Assembly (NCBI GenBank): GCA_022841245.1
Contig: JALHRW010000006.1
Location: forward strand, 823 to 64,822
DNA from: Planctomycetota bacterium
GTDB lineage: Bacteria > Planctomycetota > UBA11346
Reading direction: 5' to 3'
DNA length: 64,000 nt
The translations under genes and the position numbers were made by a program. This document shows, one piece after another, positions 18,549 to 26,304 of this stretch. The notes beneath the pieces were generated by a model. It did no database searches. It saw nothing but the letters and a program-made list of their open reading frames with translations, and was not told the DNA's origin. The first letter of the stretch is position 1. Every line of letters begins with the position of its first letter.

Positions 18549-18835
18549 TGCTGACACCACCGATGTGGCCGGTGGCCGAAGGGCGGCTTTGCTCAGTACC
18601 AGGCGACGCACGCGTGCAGTCCGCTTCGCCATAGCCGCTGGCGCCTGGACGCCGGAACTGGTGCACGCCAGCGAAGCCGAAGCCCACCGTCTGGGTGTCG
18701 GCCCACTCGATGTGCTGAGCAAAGCTGATCTCTTGCATGTGCGTCTGGTGCGCAAGGTCCTACCTCCGGCTTGCGGCTGGGAGGACGTCGTGGCAGCGAT
18801 TTGGCGCTATCAGGAACAGCCATGATCGGTGTGGC

Positions 18836-19477
18836 TCAGGGCGCCGATTCCACGGGGATGGGCAGTTGTTTGATCCATTCGCCGCCGTGGCTGCGTATCA
18901 GGCCGAAGGCCCAGACCGCGAGCAGGCCGAGCAGGACCACGACGACGAGGATCGCCAGGAGGGCCACCACGCCGGCCACGGCGAGTTGCCACGGCTTCCA
19001 CCGGGACAGCAGGCCACTGATGCCCGGCAGGCCCAGACGGGGCGGCATGGCCCGCAGCATCCCGGAACTGTCGCTGTTCGATTGCCGCCAGCGGTCGTGT
19101 GTCGGCAGCCGTCCTGAACTGTCGCTGGAGGATGGCCGGCGGACCGGACGGGCGGACGCATCTACTGACGGCGATGCCCCGATCGCGGCGCCATCCTGGT
19201 GCCATCGCGCCCAGGCCGGATCGTTGGAGCGGAAGCTGCCCATCGGCGTGGTGCAGCGCAAGCCTCCATCCGTCTCGTCGATCACGCACGAACCGGTGAC
19301 GTCGAAGATGACCAGGGGGGATCCGTCCGGAGCCTCCGCGACGACCAAGCCATCGGCCAGTTGCACCCGTCCGCGTAGTTCGCCGTCATATCCCGTGATG
19401 GTGATCGTGCCGACCACCATGCATCCGGGGCTGGTCCGTCGGATGTGGCTGCGGAGAGCTGGATATGCGTCGGACAT
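18836..19477 (-). CDS. Hypothetical protein with a C-terminal transmembrane anchor
   Basis: This is ORF 18836..19537 trimmed to the ATG at 19477, which is preceded by GAAGGAGG. The sequence is MSDAYPALRS...; the C-terminal hydrophobic helix is WQLAVAGVVALLAILVVVVLLGLLAVWAFGL. No recognisable domain. Confidence 0.5.
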   Translation of the reverse strand: MSDAYPALRSHIRRTSPGCMVVGTITITGYDGELRGRVQLADGLVVAEAPDGSPLVIFDVTGSCVIDETDGGLRCTTPMGSFRSNDPAWARWHQDGAAIGASPSVDASARPVRRPSSSDSSGRLPTHDRWRQSNSDSSGMLRAMPPRLGLPGISGLLSRWKPWQLAVAGVVALLAILVVVVLLGLLAVWAFGLIRSHGGEWIKQLPIPVESAP

Positions 19478-19621
19478 GGCTGCCTCCTTCGTGCAGTTTA
19501 TGGAACCGACCATGTCCAGACCACGCATGCGAACCATGCTGATCCGCCTATGCGTTGCATCGGCGGAACCGCATGGTCGTCACTGGCCTGGCCGTCCTAT
19601 CCTGGAAACGCAAGGCTCGGC

Positions 19622-22378
19622 ATGACCCATCACCCTACCTGCCCCGTCCACGCCCAGCCGTATCCGCAGGTGTTGCAGCGCCTGACGTCGCAATCGGACG
19701 GCCTGTCGACCGACGAGGCCGCGCGCAGACTGGCCGAGCACGGTCCCAATCGCCTGCCAACCGCCCGCAGCGAACCGGCTTGGCGCATCGCCTGGCGTCA
19801 GATCAACAACCCGATCTCCTGGGTGTTGGTTGGTGCCGGTGTCCTGGCCATGGTCTTGCGCCTGCCGACCGACGCGGCTGTGGTCTTCGCTGCCGTGTTC
19901 GTCAACGCCGGCATCGGCTTTGTCCAAGAGTGGCGCTCAGGCCGCGCCATCGCAGCCCTCTCAGCGATGGTGGCCGAGAGCACCACCGTGTTGCGTGACC
20001 ACCGCCCGCAGACCGTACCGGCCGAGTCTCTGGTGGTCGGTGATGTAGTCATACTCGCGGGCGGCGACAAAGTCCCCGCCGACCTGCGCCTGATCGAGAC
20101 CCGGAATCTGCGCGCCGAGGAGGCGGCACTTACCGGCGAATCAGTGCCCGTGATCAAGCAGACGGACGCGGTTGCCGCCGAGGCCGCGCTCGGCGACCGT
20201 CTGTGCCTGGCCTTCGCCGGCACCCACGTCACCCAGGGTGGCGGTCGTGGCGTGGTCGTCGCCACGGGTGGCGCCACCGAACTGGGCCGGATCAACGCCC
20301 TGCTGCAGGCTGCGTCATCCCTGCAAACGCCCCTGACCCGGCAACTGGCCAAGGTCGGACGCTGGATCACCGCCGGGGTCCTCGCCCTGTCGGCCACCCT
20401 CTTCGCTTATGCCGTCTGGGGCAAGGGCGGCGATCTGGGCGGTGCAGCCTTCACCGCCATCACGCTGGCCGTGGCCGCCATCCCCGAAGGTCTGCCAGCG
20501 ATCATCACCATCGCCCTGGCCATCGGGGTCCGGCGCATGGCCTCGCGCCGGGCTGTGGTGCGCCAGCTTCCCGCGGTCGAAACCCTGGGATCGACCAGTG
20601 CCATCTGCACGGACAAGACCGGCACGCTGACCCGCAACGAGATGACCGTGCAGGCGATCTGGAGCGCCGACGGGCAGCGGTACGCAGTGACTGGCATCGG
20701 CTATGCGCCAGACGGACAACTGCTCGCCGTCCCTGGCACGCTCCTCCACGATCGCCAAGCGGTCATGGACCTGCTCGCTGGCGCCTGCCTGTGTAACGAA
20801 GCCGGATTGGAGCAGGACCCGGAAGGCCGGTGGCGCATCGCCGGCGATCCGACGGAAGCCGCCCTCCTAACGGTCGCCCGCAAGGGCGGATTGGACGAGT
20901 CCCGGTTGCGGATGGACCATCCGCGCCTCGATGCCGTCCCGTTCGAGTCGGAGCACCGCTTCATGGCCACGCTGCATCGCGATCGGGCCGGAGCGACCGG
21001 CTGGATGAAGGGAGCGCCGGAGACGGTGGTGGCACGTTGCCGGCTCGCCGATGTCGAGCGAGCCTCTGTCCATGCCGTCCAGGAATCGTTTGCCGCCCGC
21101 GGCCTGCGCGTCCTGGCCGTGGCCCGCAAGGAGGCCGGGGCGCCATCGGAGGCCTTCCCCCCGGGCTTTCTGGATGACGGGTGGACCCTGTGCGGCCTGG
21201 TGGGCATGCTGGATCCGCCCCGGCAGGAGGCCATGGATGCGATCCGCGCGTGCCATGCAGCCGGCATCACCGTGACCATGATCACGGGCGATCATCCGGC
21301 CACCGCAGCGGCCATTGGCCGGGAACTTGGTCTGGGTGGAGCCGCGGCCTTGACCGGCAATGATCTCGATCACCTGGATGCCGAGGGTTGGCGAAACGCG
21401 GTGCGGGCCGTGCGCGTATTCGCCCGCGTAGCCCCGGAGCACAAGATCCGCCTGGTGGAGACCCTCCAGGAGGCCGGCCATGTCGTGGCGATGACCGGGG
21501 ACGGGGTCAACGATGCGCCGGCGCTGAAGCGGGCCGACATCGGCGTCGCCATGGGCATCACCGGCACGGCGGTGAGCAAGGAGGCGGCGAAGATCGTCCT
21601 GACAGATGACAACTTCGCGACCATCGCCGTTGCGGTCGAGGAAGGCCGCCGCGTCTACGACAACCTGATCAAGGCCCTGGCCTTCATCCTACCGACCAAT
21701 CTCGGCTTGGCCTTGGTCCTGGCGGCGGCCACCATCGGCTTCCCGGTGATCCAGGTCGAGGGCCTGGGTCCGGAACTGCTCCTGCCGATGTCGCCGACCC
21801 AGATCCTGTGGATCAACCTCGTGGCCAGCGTCGCGCTATCGCTGCCGATCGCCTTCGAGGTGCTCGAACCCCAGGCCATGTTGCGTCCGCCACGACGGCG
21901 TACCGAACCTGTCTTCTCGGCTTTCGTCATCTGGCGCACCGTGATGGTGGCGATGGTCATGGCCGCGGGCACCTGCCTGGTCTTTCTCTGGGAGTTCCGC
22001 CGGTTGGTCCCGGTTGGACTCGACACCGTCCCGACGGCGGTGTGGACCGCCGGGTTGGCGGAGGCGCAGAGCATCGCCGTCACGGCGGTCGCCCTCTTCC
22101 AGGTCTGCTATCTGCTGCACTGCCGCAGCCTGCACGGCGGACTGGGCGCAGTCGGTTGGTTCTCCAATCCGGTACTCTGGCCGTGCATCGCCCTGCTGGT
22201 CCTCCTCCAGGCGGCCTTCGTGCATCTGCCCGCCATGCAGGCCGTGTTCGGCACCGCGCCGCTCGACGTCACCGCCTGGTGGCATGCGATGCTGCCGGGG
22301 CTGGCCGTGCTGATCATCATCGACATCGAGAAGCGCATCCGCCGGGCTCGGCAGGTGCATCGCCTGGAACTGGCATGA
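19622..22378 (+). CDS. Cation-transporting P-type ATPase (P2-type, Ca2+/Mg2+-ATPase-like)
   Basis: This is ORF 19445..22378 trimmed to the ATG at 19622. Motifs present: LSTDEAARRLAEHGPN, TGES, ICTDKTGTLTRNEM (phospho-Asp), MITGDHP, VAMTGDGVNDAPALKRADIGVAMG, and about 10 TM helices. Confidence 0.92.
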   Translation: MTHHPTCPVHAQPYPQVLQRLTSQSDGLSTDEAARRLAEHGPNRLPTARSEPAWRIAWRQINNPISWVLVGAGVLAMVLRLPTDAAVVFAAVFVNAGIGFVQEWRSGRAIAALSAMVAESTTVLRDHRPQTVPAESLVVGDVVILAGGDKVPADLRLIETRNLRAEEAALTGESVPVIKQTDAVAAEAALGDRLCLAFAGTHVTQGGGRGVVVATGGATELGRINALLQAASSLQTPLTRQLAKVGRWITAGVLALSATLFAYAVWGKGGDLGGAAFTAITLAVAAIPEGLPAIITIALAIGVRRMASRRAVVRQLPAVETLGSTSAICTDKTGTLTRNEMTVQAIWSADGQRYAVTGIGYAPDGQLLAVPGTLLHDRQAVMDLLAGACLCNEAGLEQDPEGRWRIAGDPTEAALLTVARKGGLDESRLRMDHPRLDAVPFESEHRFMATLHRDRAGATGWMKGAPETVVARCRLADVERASVHAVQESFAARGLRVLAVARKEAGAPSEAFPPGFLDDGWTLCGLVGMLDPPRQEAMDAIRACHAAGITVTMITGDHPATAAAIGRELGLGGAAALTGNDLDHLDAEGWRNAVRAVRVFARVAPEHKIRLVETLQEAGHVVAMTGDGVNDAPALKRADIGVAMGITGTAVSKEAAKIVLTDDNFATIAVAVEEGRRVYDNLIKALAFILPTNLGLALVLAAATIGFPVIQVEGLGPELLLPMSPTQILWINLVASVALSLPIAFEVLEPQAMLRPPRRRTEPVFSAFVIWRTVMVAMVMAAGTCLVFLWEFRRLVPVGLDTVPTAVWTAGLAEAQSIAVTAVALFQVCYLLHCRSLHGGLGAVGWFSNPVLWPCIALLVLLQAAFVHLPAMQAVFGTAPLDVTAWWHAMLPGLAVLIIIDIEKRIRRARQVHRLELA

Positions 22379-22596
22379 AGCTGGTCGCCCCATGCGCCGC
22401 GTCCGCGACCCGTGTAGGCCTGCGGCACGCGCCACCTCCGCACCTTGCCGGCAGCACCATGGCTGCCGGGGCGGCACCCGCTGCGCTTTCTCGAACTCCG
22501 TACCGGCTATGGCACCACCAGCCATGATCCTCCACGCCCATGCGGCTGGATGCGGGACATCGGCGGCCTGCCGCCTACGATGACTGGCTCCGATGA

Positions 22597-23640
22597 TCAA
22601 CCGATGAATACGTGGCGTAGTCGTTCGTCGCCGGCGAGGAGATCGGCGACCTCGGGCACGCAATCGCGTTCGTTGAGCACGGTGTGGAAGCCGGCCTTGA
22701 TCCCCGGCGCGCGGCGTACCGCCTCCAACCACACGTGGCGGTCGAGCCGGTCATCGGCGAACGCCTGCCAGAAACCGACCCGGTCGAGCAGTCCGCCGAT
22801 GGCGGCATGATCGCCCCTCTGGAGATGGCTGATGATGTAGGTGGCGGTTCCGACTTGCAGGCCATGCAGACGTGGGCGGGCGCTGAACGCATCGAGGGCG
22901 TGTGATAGGAGATGCTCGGACCCGCTTGCCGGCCTCGACGATCCGCACATCTCCATGGCGATCCCATTGAGCAGCAGGGCCGTGGCCAGCAGTTGGACGC
23001 CGGCTGCGTCGCGCTCGGGACGGGCCATGAACTGGAAGACCGTGGCATCCGACAACAAAGCGGCCAGGTCGTCCACCTGCGTGCCATTGGCATGGAACGC
23101 GAGCTTCCAGTCGTGCACAGCCGTGAATTTGGAGACCAGATCGCCGATCCCAGACCACCACAACGGCAGTGGCGCCTCCAGGCAGATGGCGGTGTCGACG
23201 ACGACGCCGAAAGGCATCCGGGCCGGGAGCGAGCGTCGCCTGCCTGCCAGGGTCAGGCTGCTCTGCGGGCTACAGAAGCCATCATTGGACAGCGATGTCG
23301 GGACCGCGAGGTAGGGCAGGTGGGCGAGGAAGGCGATGTACTTGGCGACATCCATGGCCTTGCCGCCACCGCATCCGATGATGGCGTCGATGCCGGCAGG
23401 CAGGTTGCGGAACAGCGCAGTCGCCTGCTCGAAGGAGGCTTCGTCGACCGGTATGGCCTGGAGCACCGTCGCGCCGGGGAGAGCCGCCTGCAGCCGTCGC
23501 AGCAGCGGTGCTGCGAGATCAGCGCTGTGCAGGAGGGCGACCCGCGAGAACCCGTGTCGCGTAAGGTAGATGCCAAGACGGTCCATGGCGCCGGGCTTGA
23601 CCCGCACCAGCGTCGGAAGGAAGACCTGCCGGTTGTTCAT
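22597..23640 (-). CDS. Iron-containing alcohol dehydrogenase-fold protein, sn-glycerol-1-phosphate dehydrogenase-like
   Basis: This is ORF 22597..24024 trimmed to the ATG at 23640 (MNNRQVFLPT...). IIGCGGGKAMDVAKYIA, VPTSLSNDGFCSP and SGSEHLLSHALD resemble the EgsA/AraM G1P-dehydrogenase pattern. The start overlaps the upstream stop (ATGA). Confidence 0.7.
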   Translation of the reverse strand: MNNRQVFLPTLVRVKPGAMDRLGIYLTRHGFSRVALLHSADLAAPLLRRLQAALPGATVLQAIPVDEASFEQATALFRNLPAGIDAIIGCGGGKAMDVAKYIAFLAHLPYLAVPTSLSNDGFCSPQSSLTLAGRRRSLPARMPFGVVVDTAICLEAPLPLWWSGIGDLVSKFTAVHDWKLAFHANGTQVDDLAALLSDATVFQFMARPERDAAGVQLLATALLLNGIAMEMCGSSRPASGSEHLLSHALDAFSARPRLHGLQVGTATYIISHLQRGDHAAIGGLLDRVGFWQAFADDRLDRHVWLEAVRRAPGIKAGFHTVLNERDCVPEVADLLAGDERLRHVFIG

Positions 23641-24290
23641 GCTGTGGCCAGCAGGCGATCGGCTATCTCGGACCACACGGCGTAGGGCCGGAACGGTTGT
23701 CCCTGCTGCTGCAGCCGCTCCGCCAGGAAGCCGCGGGCAAAGCGGAGTTCCGGTGCGACCAGCAGGGCCGGTTCGAGGTCCGGAGGGCCGTCGCCGGCGA
23801 AGGCGACCTGCCGATGCCGCGCCAGCGCGTCTCGCACCACGGCTTGCTTGGCGATGCCGATGCGAGGATCGAAGAAGCGCGAGTGTCGCGGCAGGTCCAT
23901 GACCAGTCCGTGCCCAGGCTCCAGGCGGCCGGGATTGGCATGCACCGTCACACATACGCCGGCATGCGCGAGGAGGCGGTCGATATACCAGGCGCAACCG
24001 GCGGAAGCGACCACCACCTCCCAACCGGCGGCCTGCAAGCGTCCGACGGCCTGGCCAAGGTCGGGATCGAGATGCATCGCGGCGAGCATCGGCACGACAG
24101 CCGGTTCGTCGGCGTCGATGCGGGCGAAGAATCGGTTGAGAGCATCAAAGTGACTGATGCGGCCAGCGAGGTAGTCCTGCCACGGATCCTCGTTGCCGTC
24201 CGGCCACCAGCGAGCGCGCACCAACCCATAGAAATCCCGCTCGGTCATGGTGCCGTCAAAGTCGCTGACCAGGATACCAGCGGCAGGCAT
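23637..24290 (-). CDS. HAD-superfamily phosphatase (HAD-IB/MtnX-like)
   Basis: This is ORF 23637..24320 trimmed to the ATG at 24290. It has motif I, LVSDFDGTMT (DxDxT), and motif IV, FAGDGPPD. Confidence 0.75.
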   Translation of the reverse strand: MPAAGILVSDFDGTMTERDFYGLVRARWWPDGNEDPWQDYLAGRISHFDALNRFFARIDADEPAVVPMLAAMHLDPDLGQAVGRLQAAGWEVVVASAGCAWYIDRLLAHAGVCVTVHANPGRLEPGHGLVMDLPRHSRFFDPRIGIAKQAVVRDALARHRQVAFAGDGPPDLEPALLVAPELRFARGFLAERLQQQGQPFRPYAVWSEIADRLLATA

Positions 24291-25092
24291 GGCAGTGCAG
24301 CATGCACTCGAGCAGATCACAGCAACCGCCGACCGCCCGATGCAGCAGACGTGGAAACAAAAGGTTGTTCTGATGCTGCCCCGATTTGGCGGTGTCGGAG
24401 TATTACGAGACGAACACGGTCTGGCGTCTGGCCGGCGGGGTGCCGGTGGTCAAGATGGAAAGCGAGCCGGTCGGAAGGAGGAACCCAAACGGGATCATGC
24501 CGCCTGGCTCCGCAAGTTGGCGGCCTCGATGGCGTCTGGGCTGAGGTATCCCAGCGACGAGGAGGTCTACTGCACACTGCACGCCCGGCCGCTACGACTG
24601 GGCGGCGCTCAAGGCGGCGATCGTCCGCACGGCCTGCCTGCGTAACAGCCTGCTGGTCGCGCCGATGTCCACTCAAGGGATCATGGCTCGCCTGCCACTC
24701 GCACAACCGCACTGGGCCACCACAAGCGCAACGCTACTCAACCCTTCTTACAGTAGAGTTTTACAGGCGGCGATTCGTGTCCATGGACAGGGGGTCCTTG
24801 GTCTCATTGGTCTCGCCAACAGGTTCATCGTGGCATGTGCGGCATGTATATGCGGCGAGCAACATCGATGTTGGGCGTCAGTCAATTTCCAGATATGTGG
24901 CATTTTACGGATTCGGAAAACAGCAGGCGCAATAAACGCAGATGTTCGCATAGGTTCACCTCACGAGGTTGCTTTCGGGCGGAAAACCATCCGGAAATAG
25001 GCACGCCGCAAAGTCCGCGCGATGGGTTCGGGAGAAGTACCGACGCTCGTCCAGCGACCGGGGAAGAGAGTCCCTGTCGCAAGGGTACGCTT

Positions 25093-25110
25093 ATTACAGA
25101 CATTACAGAC
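25093..25110 (+). repeat. Tandem direct 9-mers ATTACAGAC ATTACAGAC upstream of the recombinase gene
   Basis: Read directly from the sequence, about 135 bp upstream of the recombinase ATG in the AT-richer non-coding leader. It is a possible recombinase or accessory binding site. Confidence 0.4.
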
Positions 25111-25245
25111 GCTAATTGCGGTTTGCATCTCTTGACATGACACCCATCGACCGATCCTCCTGAACATGCCCGCACGCCGCAAGCTCGCCCGGACCAGCAA
25201 GCTCTTGGGATTGCCAACAACCCGCTGAAGCCCACTGAGGTCCGG

Positions 25246-26211
25246 ATGGACGGTGAGCCCATCACGTCGATCGCCGATACCGACCGCCTGGAGAAGCTGC
25301 TCGAACGCCTGGCAGAGCGGGTCGCTGTCGGCACGGCCCGCACCTACCGATCGTATATCCGAGCCTGGTGGTCCCTGTGCGAGCGCCGGGATGCCGACCT
25401 GGGAGATGACGCACTGCTCCGTGGTTGGCTACGCGCCATGACCACCGGACCGCATGCGTGGGGCCCGTCTTCCACCCGCGTGGCCATGGCCGCCGTGACG
25501 GCCATGCGTGGCGTGCTGGATCTGCCCGCACCACGGTCCGATCATGGATTCCGCAGCTGGTTTGACGGCGAATTGCTGTCGCATCTGGCTGCGCCACCGG
25601 TTCGCAAAGCCCCACTGCTGCGCAAGGATCTCTTCGCCGCTCTGAGTCGGCTTGAGCTGGCAACACGTAGTCAGGTGGCGAGCGAACGGCTGCCGGCGTT
25701 GCGCGACCAAGCCCTCCTCCTCCTCGGATTCTCGGCGGCGCTGCGTCGGAGCGAACTGGCGGCCGTGCGCGTCGATGATGTGCGCGAAACACCGGCCGGT
25801 GGGCGGGTGCTGCTCATCCGGAAGAGCAAGACCGACCAGCAGCGCCAGGGCCAGACGGTGCCGCTCTATCCGTCCGGGAATCCGCGCCATGATGTCTGGC
25901 TCGCCCTCCAGCGCTGGCAGACGGCATCCGGCATCCGCAACGGACCCCTGTTCAGGCGCATCGATCGCCACGGGCACGTCGGTTCCCGAGCTCTCAACCC
26001 GACCGCGATCCGGTTCATCCTCAAGCGATTGCGACTCGGCACCGACGTCAGTCCCCACAGCCTGCGACGCGGCTTCATCACCGAAGCGCGACTCGCCGGG
26101 GCAAGCAACGTTCAGATCCGCCGGGTATCTCGCCACAAGGATGACAGGATGCTGGACACCTATACCGCCGACGTGGATTCACATCAGCAGGGTCCGGGCG
26201 CGCTCATATGA
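25246..26211 (+). CDS. Tyrosine site-specific recombinase (phage-integrase family; TnpI/XerC-like)
   Basis: 321 aa. The catalytic constellation is recognisable: ALRRSEL (Arg), KSKTDQQ (Lys), HSLRRGF (HxxR), SRHKDDRMLDTY (His...Tyr). Confidence 0.9.
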   Translation: MDGEPITSIADTDRLEKLLERLAERVAVGTARTYRSYIRAWWSLCERRDADLGDDALLRGWLRAMTTGPHAWGPSSTRVAMAAVTAMRGVLDLPAPRSDHGFRSWFDGELLSHLAAPPVRKAPLLRKDLFAALSRLELATRSQVASERLPALRDQALLLLGFSAALRRSELAAVRVDDVRETPAGGRVLLIRKSKTDQQRQGQTVPLYPSGNPRHDVWLALQRWQTASGIRNGPLFRRIDRHGHVGSRALNPTAIRFILKRLRLGTDVSPHSLRRGFITEARLAGASNVQIRRVSRHKDDRMLDTYTADVDSHQQGPGALI

Positions 26212-26304
26212 TGCGCAATACTCAGCGCTGGCCTGACCGATGTCGTCGGAAGGCAGTAACCTCCATGCGTTCCGGTCAGGGGACACGGAAGTCACGAGAG
26301 CATT

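Noticed and set aside
18493-18825. 110-aa ORF directly after cysD, as a possible truncated cysN
   Set aside because: It has no GTPase G1-G4 motifs (no GxxxxGKS) and an Arg/Ala-rich composition. It would also read straight through the terminator-like hairpin.
19478-19621. Cluster of CATG-containing short palindromes (GCATGCGAACCATGC; CGACCATG ... CATGGTCG) between the hypothetical gene and the P-type ATPase
   Set aside because: The palindromes are real but short (5-8 bp) and have no recognisable operator consensus. No regulator gene is adjacent. This is noted only as a possible operator region.
24291-24720. GC-rich 430-bp gap after the HAD gene with ORFs 24247..24645 (plus) and 24317..24712 (minus); one minus frame reads VDLLVAGIPQP, vaguely like the DNA-cytosine-methyltransferase motif IV
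   Set aside because: There is no catalytic Cys (PCQ). All frames are broken by stops within about 60-130 codons and have an Arg/Gly-rich composition. It may be a decayed gene or a former insertion target, but I cannot support a call.
24847-24880. TATAT followed by GCGGCGAGCAACATCGATGTTGGG, as the left IR plus target duplication of the Tn3 element; also the GGAGGAACCCAAACGGGATCATGC segment starting near 24475
   Set aside because: Only about 14-17 of 24 positions match the right IR, and only with gaps. Functional Tn3-family IRs are near-identical, and a 5-bp match to TATAT could be chance.
24300-25245. Search for a tRNA/tmRNA gene as an integration target next to the recombinase
   Set aside because: I found no T-loop (GGTTCGAnTCC) or acceptor-stem-like structure on either strand by eye.
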